64,000 bases of DNA. It comes from Methylicorpusculum sp. (lineage in GTDB: Bacteria > Pseudomonadota > Gammaproteobacteria > Methylococcales > Methylomonadaceae). Position numbers and translations under genes: made by a program. The stretch lies in the NCBI RefSeq assembly GCF_030651835.1, contig NZ_JAUSBX010000107.1, positions 3-64,002 on the forward strand. Direction: 5' to 3'. Shown piece after piece: positions 1-7,454 of this stretch. Within the stretch, counting starts at the first letter, position 1. Every line of letters begins with the position of its first letter. Under the pieces are notes generated by a model. It was not told the origin of the DNA. It searched no databases and saw only the letters and a program-made list of their open reading frames with translations.

Positions 1-10
1 TCTAAGAATA

Positions 11-117
11 GAAGGTATGGGATGTGTCTATCGAGGACCGCCGTGAACCCCTCCATGGGGGCTTGACGGCAGCAATCCCTGCTGCCGACATCCTCGCTAG
101 CCACACCCCATACCTTC
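11..117 (-). repeat. Structured intergenic repeat with two GGA-loop hairpins (TwoAYGGAY-like core), own outer arms
   Basis: Outer inverted repeat gaaggtatgggatgtgtctatcgagga (11-37) / tcctcgctagccacaccccataccttc (91-117). Minus-strand core hairpins GGCAGC-AGGGAU-UGCUGCC and CCC-AUGGAG-GGG. A degenerate family-1 TIR (tcaaacggggaattactg) lies at 159-176. Confidence 0.8.
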
Positions 118-236
118 ATAAAGTTAACCATTTTTTGAGTATAAAGGGAGTAAAAAGCTCAAACGGGGAATTACTGCAGCCTATCGAGTTATTGCGATGG
201 CTTTAACTCATAGCATTTGGAGGGATGAGCAGATAC

Positions 237-1994
237 TTACAAAGAACGTTTTGATGGATCAAACTCTTCAAATGTCGCATACGTCTGCATGCCGCCTGAC
301 AGATTTTTTACGTCAAAACCGTGCTGCTGCAAAATGCGCGTAGCATTATAGGCTCGTTGCCCGACGCCGCAGACCACCCAAACCTCTCTTTCCCTGGATA
401 ATTCATCAAGCCGCTGCCTTAAAGCATCCAATGGAATATTCACTGCTCCCGGAATATGCTTCTGAGCAAATTCGGCCTCGGTACGTACATCAACAATCTG
501 GGCTTGTTCATAGGGATCTTGCAGGATCAAAGAAAGCCATTGACCAGCTTCATCCTGATCTTCACTGACGTGCGTGTTGCTGTCAAACAATTCCTCCCAT
601 TTTGCCAATGGATGATTGCCGCGCAACTGATTGGCAGCAATCATGCCCGCCAGATTGACCGGGTCTTTGGTTGCTCCGAATTGAGGCGCATAACACAGTT
701 CGGCCTCTTCCAGATCATACACGGTACCGCCCATCTGAATGAATGACGCTATGACATCAATACGTCTGGCTACACCGGATTCACCCAGCGCTTGGGCACC
801 CAGAATCATGCCGTTGCGAGTGTCGTACAACAATTTGATGTGAATGGGTTTGGCACCGGGATAATAGCCGACATGGTTGCCGGGATGCAGATACACTTTT
901 TCAAAATGGGTCATGCCGGCGGCTTTCAGCATTTTTTCGTTAACACCTGTTGTGGCAACAGTAACGCCAAACAGTCCGCATACAGAAGTCCCCTGAACAC
1001 CCCGGTAAGTCATTGGCGGTGTTTTGCCCGACAGCTTAGCCACAATATTAGCAGCCGCGATACGTCCTTGACGGTTGGCAGGTCCCGCCAATGGAAACAG
1101 CTGCCATTGGCCGGTCAGCACATTCTTGACTTCTATGACATCACCCACGGCCCAGATAAAGGGATCGGAGGTCTCCAAAAACTCATTGACGCGAATTCCG
1201 CCCTGCTCACCCAGACTCAATTCTGCCTGAACGGCAAGTGTCGTCTGCGGCTTCACGCCAATGGAAATCATCACGGCATCGGTGGTTATCGACCCACCCT
1301 CTGTCAATGATACTTCAAGACGATCATCGGCATTTCTCTGAAATTTTATAACCTTTGCATTCAAACGCAGATCAATACCCTGCTGAATTAAATAGGTGGT
1401 CATGAATCGGGCCATTTCAAGATCCAGCGTAGGCATGATTTGACCTGATGATTGCAGAACAGTCACCTTGACCCCGCGTTTGACCAAATTCTCGGCAAGC
1501 TCCAGCCCCAGATAACCTGCGCCCATGACCACGGCATGTTTCATATCCGGCAGTTCTGATCTTATTTTACGGCTGTCCGGTATGGTTCTTAACGCATGAA
1601 TGCCGGGCAAATCGATGCCTTCTATCAAAGGCCAAACGGCGCTGGAACCCGTTGATAATACCAACGCATCATAGGGCTCGATTCTATCGACGCCCGTTTT
1701 AAGGTCGCGCACGGTCAAGGTTTTTAAATCCCTGTCAATCGCTAAAACTTCGGTATCCGAACAAACCTGAATATTGAACCGGTTCTTGAACAGCTCAGGC
1801 GTTGCAACCAACAGTTTTTCTTCTTCAACGATCACATCGCCGATAAAGTAAGGCAAACCGCAATTAGCAAATGAAACGTAGGAACCTTTTTCAAACATGA
1901 TGATCTCGTATTCTTCGCACAAGCGCCGAATCCGTGTCGCACAACTGGCGCCGCCAGCAACGCCTCCGACGATCAAAATACGTTTACCGGTCAT
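237..1994 (-). CDS. cdr: CoA-disulfide reductase / NAD(P)H-dependent persulfide reductase with C-terminal rhodanese domain
   Basis: GGVAGG FAD motif, SFANCGLPY redox Cys motif, GAGYLG NAD motif, GD motif, C-terminal rhodanese (DVR...HIPGA...CGVGQRA). Confidence 0.85.
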   Translation of the reverse strand: MTGKRILIVGGVAGGASCATRIRRLCEEYEIIMFEKGSYVSFANCGLPYFIGDVIVEEEKLLVATPELFKNRFNIQVCSDTEVLAIDRDLKTLTVRDLKTGVDRIEPYDALVLSTGSSAVWPLIEGIDLPGIHALRTIPDSRKIRSELPDMKHAVVMGAGYLGLELAENLVKRGVKVTVLQSSGQIMPTLDLEMARFMTTYLIQQGIDLRLNAKVIKFQRNADDRLEVSLTEGGSITTDAVMISIGVKPQTTLAVQAELSLGEQGGIRVNEFLETSDPFIWAVGDVIEVKNVLTGQWQLFPLAGPANRQGRIAAANIVAKLSGKTPPMTYRGVQGTSVCGLFGVTVATTGVNEKMLKAAGMTHFEKVYLHPGNHVGYYPGAKPIHIKLLYDTRNGMILGAQALGESGVARRIDVIASFIQMGGTVYDLEEAELCYAPQFGATKDPVNLAGMIAANQLRGNHPLAKWEELFDSNTHVSEDQDEAGQWLSLILQDPYEQAQIVDVRTEAEFAQKHIPGAVNIPLDALRQRLDELSREREVWVVCGVGQRAYNATRILQQHGFDVKNLSGGMQTYATFEEFDPSKRSL

Positions 1995-2021
1995 GGATCA
2001 GGGTGCCTCGCTTTTGGATAG

Positions 2022-2049
2022 CGACAGACAAGTATCAACTTGTCTGTCG
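2022..2049. other. Perfect 12-bp inverted repeat (hairpin or operator) between the cytochrome c gene and cdr
   Basis: cgacagacaagt-atca-acttgtctgtcg. There is no U-tract on the minus (sense) strand, so its role is uncertain. Confidence 0.5.
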
Positions 2050-2097
2050 AGAGGTGAATGGCAGGGTAAAACCTTCTTTACCCTGCGAGGGGGATAA

Positions 2098-2742
2098 TCA
2101 ATGCATTTGTTGATAATACTGCGCCAGCTCTTTAATTTCATCATCACTGAGTTGCTGGACTATCAACCTCATACGGCTGTAGATATCGTTGTGACGCTCG
2201 CCTTTTTTATAAGCCAACAAGGTATTCGCCGTATAGTCAGCTTGTTGACCGGCCAGTGCAGGAACATCCATCTTTTCGCCTCGACCATTACCACCGTGGC
2301 AGGTAAAACAGGGTGGAATAATCCGCTTGCCGTCGCCCGCCTCAACCAATTGCTGCGCTTTGGCCAATTCTTTATCGCCTTGCTTTGCCGGAGGTGGCGT
2401 CAAGGAACTGAACCAGGCAGCCAAATCGGCGGCGTCTTGCTCGCTCAAACCGCCGGCAATGGATGTCATTAATGTATTGACTCTGTGACCTTTGGCATAA
2501 TCCATTAATTGCTTGTAGGTGTAATTGGCAACTTGCCCAGCCAGTGACGGATACTCTGACAGTGCGCTAACACCGTTTTCGCCATGGCAGCCGGCACAGG
2601 ATTCGGCCAGCTTTTTTCCTTTGGCCAGATCACCTTTTTTGACCAGATTAAGTGTTTCCGGTGTCCAGGCAACCTCGGTCGAAGGGCCTGCATTAGCGAG
2701 CACAGGGGCGAGTAAAGAAATAAACAGAATAATATGTTTCAT
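2098..2742 (-). CDS. Di-heme cytochrome c4/c553-like protein
   Basis: Signal peptide MKHIILFISLLAPVLANA, two CxxCH motifs (CAGCH, CFTCH), P.LAGQ motifs typical of c4. Start placed at ATG 2742, 3 nt after the cbaA stop. Confidence 0.88.
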   Translation of the reverse strand: MKHIILFISLLAPVLANAGPSTEVAWTPETLNLVKKGDLAKGKKLAESCAGCHGENGVSALSEYPSLAGQVANYTYKQLMDYAKGHRVNTLMTSIAGGLSEQDAADLAAWFSSLTPPPAKQGDKELAKAQQLVEAGDGKRIIPPCFTCHGGNGRGEKMDVPALAGQQADYTANTLLAYKKGERHNDIYSRMRLIVQQLSDDEIKELAQYYQQMH

Positions 2743-2744
2743 GA

Positions 2745-4370
2745 TCAATAACCCCAACCGCTTGAACCAAAGGTATCCATAAAGAAAAATTGTAAAATCG
2801 GCACCCCGAAACTGATAAACATCAGTACGGCAATCACCTTGTTCCAAAGTTTAAAGTCATTGAGATATTCGGGTAACGATTCGACCGCATGAATCGGTTC
2901 AGCATATTCGACTTGCTGAACAAACTCGGCAGACGCGGAACTCAACTGAGTTTTGGCCAGATTGTAGATAAACAGACAGGCTGAACCCAACAACACAAAT
3001 CCGCCGAAAATCATGACAAATTCGTAAGGATCCCAGGATAGAGTCAACAGACTGTTATACGCCACGCTGGAAATTCGGCGCGGCTGACCCAACAAGCCCA
3101 GCACATGCCAAGGCGTTGTCATAATGGCCATACCAATAAACCAGGTCCAGAGCTGAATCAGCGCCAGCGAATCCGAAAACAACGGTTTGCGGGTCAAAAT
3201 CGGCCAGAAATAATAAGCAATAGCGAAATACATGATAATGGTTGTTCCACCAAAAATGAGGTGAAAATGGCCGGGAACCCATGCCGTATTATGAATCATC
3301 GCGTTCATTGCATAGCTGGCATTAACCAAACCGCCAAAGCCACCGAATATCAACATCAGTAGCGACAAAATCACAGACAGCGTCATGGGATTTGTCCACG
3401 GCAAAGTACCGATCCAGCCGAACAGGCCTTTTCCACCTCGCAAGCGACCGGCAATTTCCAAAGATGCGATGACGGTAAATCCGGTAATCAGGGTCGGAAA
3501 ACTGACCACAAAGGTACCGAAGGCATGCAGCAATTTCCAGCCGCTGGCTTGCTCAGGATCCATGTATAAATGATGAAAGCCGATAGGCAATCCGAACACC
3601 ACCAGAATAATAAAGGCAACTCGCGCCATTTCATCGCTAAACAGAAATCCCCCGGCTTGTTTGGGCACGAACACATAAAATGCGGTGTAAGCAGGAATCA
3701 ACCAAAAGTAAACAATCGGGTGCAAAGTCCATGCAAATAGCGTTCTAGCCAGACCCGGATCAATGGTATCCATCCAGCCCAAAGCCAACGGTATCAACTG
3801 AAACAAAACTTCCAATGCCACTCCCGCACTGGTCCATAACCATAACAAGGCATTGGCAGTCGTCGCAAACATAGCCAACGGCACCGGTTGATTGGGATTC
3901 GCTTTTTTCCATTGGTAGAACATCACCACCATGATGGCGCACCAAAACCACGACCCCACAACCAGCAATGTCGCTCCGATATAAAAAGAGACGTGGGCCA
4001 GCAGCGGAGGATAGAAGGTGTAAAGAACCGATGCTTTGCCTATCAATAAGGGAATCGCCGCCAGCACTGTGCCGCCTAACGCAATCGAGAATCCAGTCCA
4101 AGCCAGGGGTTTATTCCAGATCGGTATTTTCAAGCTGGTCGATGCAACATAATACCCAAATCCCATAATAAAAAAGGTGGTCAGGACAAAAGCCATCAAC
4201 ACGCCGTGGGTACTCACCGAGGCAAAATACACGGAAGGAGAAGTCAGTGCTTCAATAAATCCGCTACGTTCAAGGACTTGATAAACCCCCATAAAACACG
4301 CCAGTATGAAAGCGCCAAAGGCAACCCATAAGTGGCTCAAAATAAATTTATTTTCTACCGCATCATTCAT
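2745..4370 (-). CDS. cbaA: B-family (ba3-type) cytochrome c oxidase subunit I
   Basis: About 13 TM helices; HGVLM, HPIVYFWLIPAY (CuB His plus cross-linked Tyr), HHLY, GHFHL. Start at 4370 overlaps the cbaB stop (ATGA). Confidence 0.9.
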   Translation of the reverse strand: MNDAVENKFILSHLWVAFGAFILACFMGVYQVLERSGFIEALTSPSVYFASVSTHGVLMAFVLTTFFIMGFGYYVASTSLKIPIWNKPLAWTGFSIALGGTVLAAIPLLIGKASVLYTFYPPLLAHVSFYIGATLLVVGSWFWCAIMVVMFYQWKKANPNQPVPLAMFATTANALLWLWTSAGVALEVLFQLIPLALGWMDTIDPGLARTLFAWTLHPIVYFWLIPAYTAFYVFVPKQAGGFLFSDEMARVAFIILVVFGLPIGFHHLYMDPEQASGWKLLHAFGTFVVSFPTLITGFTVIASLEIAGRLRGGKGLFGWIGTLPWTNPMTLSVILSLLMLIFGGFGGLVNASYAMNAMIHNTAWVPGHFHLIFGGTTIIMYFAIAYYFWPILTRKPLFSDSLALIQLWTWFIGMAIMTTPWHVLGLLGQPRRISSVAYNSLLTLSWDPYEFVMIFGGFVLLGSACLFIYNLAKTQLSSASAEFVQQVEYAEPIHAVESLPEYLNDFKLWNKVIAVLMFISFGVPILQFFFMDTFGSSGWGY

Positions 4371-4894
4371 TTCGCATCTCCGGTAACAGGCGCGTTGGTC
4401 GGTGCCGTCCAGTTTTCCTTGGCGACGACAGAAATATTGCTCCACATATGATCATGACCCAATCCGCAATATTCGTTGCACAAAACAGGGTACTCCCCTG
4501 GTTTTGGAAAAGAGGTTGTAACCTGAGCCACATAGCCCGGCACAATCATTGTGCTCATATTCGTCATAGGGATATGGACGCCGTGCAATACGTCGGTACT
4601 GACCCATCTAAACGTCACTTTGGTTTCCGAAGGCACAGCAATGTGTTTGGGATAAAATGAATAACGGCCAGCCACCATTCTTACCGTGATTGCGCCTTCA
4701 GCATCAACCTTGACGCCCAGATTATCTTCGGCAAATTCCTCGCTCAAATGTAAGCGCGCCGAATCAATCGTTTCAACATGACTGGGCGCATTGATTCCAT
4801 GGATCAATGCATCAACCATAATGATGCTGACAAAAAGCCCCGCCATACCCAGGGCCGTATAAGCCCATTTCCTCTCTAAAGGATCAATATGCAT
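4367..4894 (-). CDS. cbaB: ba3-type oxidase subunit II (CuA)
   Basis: One N-terminal TM helix; DVLHG and CNEYCGLGHDHM CuA ligands. Confidence 0.9.
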   Translation of the reverse strand: MHIDPLERKWAYTALGMAGLFVSIIMVDALIHGINAPSHVETIDSARLHLSEEFAEDNLGVKVDAEGAITVRMVAGRYSFYPKHIAVPSETKVTFRWVSTDVLHGVHIPMTNMSTMIVPGYVAQVTTSFPKPGEYPVLCNEYCGLGHDHMWSNISVVAKENWTAPTNAPVTGDAK

Positions 4895-4903
4895 CTCCGC
4901 CCC

Positions 4904-5056
4904 CTATTGAATGCCGCCGCGCGGTAAAAAAACGCCATAATACAAAAACAGCCAGGCGACAACCATCGTAGCCCCTACTGTCAATAACAGCACCCAGGTG
5001 CCTACCGGCGCGCTTTCGAGAATTCGTTTGCGCTCTTCTTCACTCAGCTGATTCAT
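4904..5056 (-). CDS. cbaD: ba3-type oxidase subunit IIa (50 aa, not in the ORF track)
   Basis: MNQLSEEERKRILESAPVGTWVLLLTVGATMVVAWLFLYYGVFLPRGGIQ: single TM helix with the P.G...W...Y..F..RG pattern, directly upstream of cbaB. Confidence 0.8.
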   Translation of the reverse strand: MNQLSEEERKRILESAPVGTWVLLLTVGATMVVAWLFLYYGVFLPRGGIQ

Positions 5057-5388
5057 GGCCTTCCCCTTGAATGATTAAAAAATAATTGTGAACTTATGGA
5101 TTCGATGATTTGCGTTGATCTGACGAAATTATTATCAAATCGGCAATGGCATGTCTTTTAGCGAGGGGCTTAATTATAGTCATCGCACTCCAAGTATCAT
5201 TCTTCTGCCCTCTAATCCCATGCTTAACCCGGCATTGGCCAATTGCTAAAGCCATATAGACCATCAACAGGCCCGTGAATTGAGGTAGCGTATTTGAAGT
5301 GCGAAAAGTATACACACAGTTTTTATTGTAATTATGGGTGCATCCTAATGTACTGGACCTAAATTTGTAAAGCCGGACAGTAAAACCG

Positions 5389-5602
5389 CAGCAATTCTCA
5401 GTTTGATCTTTTCGGCGTCATTTTGGGCTGGGGAAAGCCTTTTGAGGAACGCCGTAAACCCTTCCATGGAGGCTTGACAGCAGCATCTGACCGCCAAGGA
5501 CGGTGGAAATGCAGATATTGTCCGGAATAAAAATCTGCCCTGCTGCCGACATCCTCAAAAAGCTTCCCCAAGCCCTTTTTCTCTTCAAATTGAGAATTGC
5601 TG
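5389..5602 (-). mobile_element. MITE-like repeat family 1 (18-bp TIRs) with GGA-hairpin core, interrupted by a 51-nt insert
   Basis: TIRs cagcaattctcagtttga (5389-5406) / tcaaattgagaattgctg (5585-5602). Core matches the copies at 34111 and 39542. Insert at 5488-5538. Confidence 0.8.
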
Positions 5603-5637
5603 GTAAAACCGTCTTGAAATGAATTATTTTCTTTGAA

Positions 5638-5784
5638 ACTACTCGCCCGCTTTGAATTAAGGGTGTAGGTGCTTGATTTCAAAGGACGCGTAAATGCGTC
5701 CCTGTAGCTCTCTGCAACATCCCTGTTGCAGAAGCATTTTCAATCAACCACCTACAACCACTAAAATTGGAGGGGGTGAGCAGA
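5638..5784 (-). repeat. MITE-like repeat family 2 with GGA-hairpin core
   Basis: Near-identical to the reverse complement of 46214-46360. Minus-strand hairpins CUGCAAC-AGGGAU-GUUGCAG and UAC-AGGGAC-GCA. Confidence 0.8.
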
Positions 5785-5812
5785 AACAAAAATTGAATGC
5801 TTTCTCTCACTA

Positions 5813-6613
5813 TTAATCAACTGGCTTAAACTCTTGCGCAAATTCGGCGAATTCGTTTTTCCAGGAATTTTTGTTATATCCCCAATCACCTTCTTCCAAA
5901 AGCTTCTCCGCTTGCGCCAATTCGGCTTTAATCTGGGTTAGATTTGCTTCGTCGCCCTCGGCCCAAAGCGCTCGGGCATAAAACAGGTGATTAAGCGGAT
6001 GATCTGGATGTTCCCTGGCGGCTTTTTCCAACAGCTCCAACGCCTTGTCGATGTCTCCGATACCATTGGGCCAAGACGGCGCCTTGAGATAAAGCATTCC
6101 CAATAGTCTTAGCGGACCGCCACTATCAATGTCCGGATTCAAAGCCACCGCTTGCTTCATCTCGTCTTCCAGACGGCCAAGGTTCCTCATGGCCAGGGTA
6201 ATATGTTCGCGAACCGAAAGACCGAGATTGGCCGCTAAATAGTAATGCACCGCTCCATCACCGCGTCCTCCTCGTTGCAAAGCGGCTTCGGCAAAGCCAA
6301 CCCCTTCGGCAGCCAATTTCTCGCGCTTGTTTTGGTCCACTTCGCGTTCGGCCAAGAGCAGAGATAGGCGGCTTCCCAGCGAGGTACCAAGCACCGCAGG
6401 ATCTTGAGTATTGCGAAGAACGGTCAGTGCGCAAGCTAAGGTATGAGTATCCGTCAAGGGGCCCAACTGGTTTTGCTCTTCGACCAAAGACACAGCAGAG
6501 AGATTAGGACAATCATCAGGCAATGCTATCTGCACCTGGTCACGCGGCAAACCGGTGCAGCCGGTCAGGAATATCAACATTAAATGCGGAAAAATCCGGA
6601 TGTTATACACCAT
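5813..6613 (-). CDS. bstC: Sterol-binding lipoprotein, BstC-like (TRAP T-component/TPR-like fold)
   Basis: Lipobox LTGC, helical TPR-like repeats, last gene of an MMPL/SBP/lipoprotein trio in a sterol cluster. Confidence 0.72.
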   Translation of the reverse strand: MVYNIRIFPHLMLIFLTGCTGLPRDQVQIALPDDCPNLSAVSLVEEQNQLGPLTDTHTLACALTVLRNTQDPAVLGTSLGSRLSLLLAEREVDQNKREKLAAEGVGFAEAALQRGGRGDGAVHYYLAANLGLSVREHITLAMRNLGRLEDEMKQAVALNPDIDSGGPLRLLGMLYLKAPSWPNGIGDIDKALELLEKAAREHPDHPLNHLFYARALWAEGDEANLTQIKAELAQAEKLLEEGDWGYNKNSWKNEFAEFAQEFKPVD

Positions 6614-6614
6614 C

Positions 6615-7454
6615 TTATTGCCCGGTCGCCCACAGTTTGATCATGGGTTCAAACACTGCAGAGTCGACAGTAGCAAAGGCTTCCACCCCGAATAGCTCAC
6701 ATAGCTTTTTGCCCTCGCTATCGGAACACATGCCTTCCAATGCCTTGCCAAAACGGACGCGCTCGTCCGCAGTCGTGGTGGCGCTGTTGGCGACAACGCC
6801 CATCAGTGGAATTTCCTCGGAGGTAAAGACAGCGTCAAGAGTCGTATCCATTTGGAGCGAAGACAGTCCGCCAAATTGCTGCTCGTTCAAGATGACCGCA
6901 TCCAGCTCTCCTTTATTTAAAGAGCGCAGGGCACGGATTGCCTGATTAGACTTTTGTAAAACAAAAAAAGTGTCCGGATCGTATTTTCCGGCAAAAACGA
7001 TTTTGCCGATGAAGGAAGATTCTTCCAAGACCGTGCCGCCCAGCGTTTTACCTTTAAGCTCATCCAGGTTCTTGAACTTGTCTTTCTGGACCATTACCCG
7101 ATAACGTTCATGGGTAAGGCCTTTAATTTTGGGCTGAACCACAGGCACCAGATTGTGTTGATTGCGCAATTCCAGAAATAGCCCCAAAGAGGTGATGGCG
7201 AATTTGGGTTTATTGTCGGCCATCTGTTTTCTGCATTCGTCCGATTTAGCCGTAAATAGACTGTTAAAGCTGTTCTCCTGCCATTGCCCTACACGTTCAA
7301 CCACGCGCAACATCGAAGTCATTGCACCGTTGGCGTCTTTTTCATTGACCGATCCGCCGGGATAGCACACCACTATCATTTCCGGATTGGGTGCGGCATT
7401 AGTAACAAAGGAAGCCGCCAAGCCGGAAAGAATAAAGAGACAGATTTTTTGCAT
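6615..7454 (-). CDS. bstB: Periplasmic sterol-binding protein, BstB-like (phosphonate-binding SBP fold)
   Basis: Signal peptide, PhnD-like features (DELKGKTL, AIRAL...GELDA), position between the RND/MMPL gene and the lipoprotein gene. Confidence 0.72.
   Translation of the reverse strand: MQKICLFILSGLAASFVTNAAPNPEMIVVCYPGGSVNEKDANGAMTSMLRVVERVGQWQENSFNSLFTAKSDECRKQMADNKPKFAITSLGLFLELRNQHNLVPVVQPKIKGLTHERYRVMVQKDKFKNLDELKGKTLGGTVLEESSFIGKIVFAGKYDPDTFFVLQKSNQAIRALRSLNKGELDAVILNEQQFGGLSSLQMDTTLDAVFTSEEIPLMGVVANSATTTADERVRFGKALEGMCSDSEGKKLCELFGVEAFATVDSAVFEPMIKLWATGQ

Noticed and set aside
24-206. ORFs 24-206 and 5398-5682
   Set aside because: They are translations of the structured repeats, with no protein-family features.
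2745-4370. sNOR-type nitric oxide reductase
   Set aside because: The cross-linking Tyr (HPIVY) and ba3-type proton-channel residues are retained.
4371-4445. Longer cbaA start at 4445 (similarly 2847, 10228, 48749, 63295 for other genes)
   Set aside because: These extensions overlap neighbouring genes or regulatory DNA; downstream ATGs fit RBS position and coupling better.
5115-5140. FNR box upstream of the cba operon
   Set aside because: TTGAT-N4-CGAAA has three mismatches in the second half-site; too weak to call.
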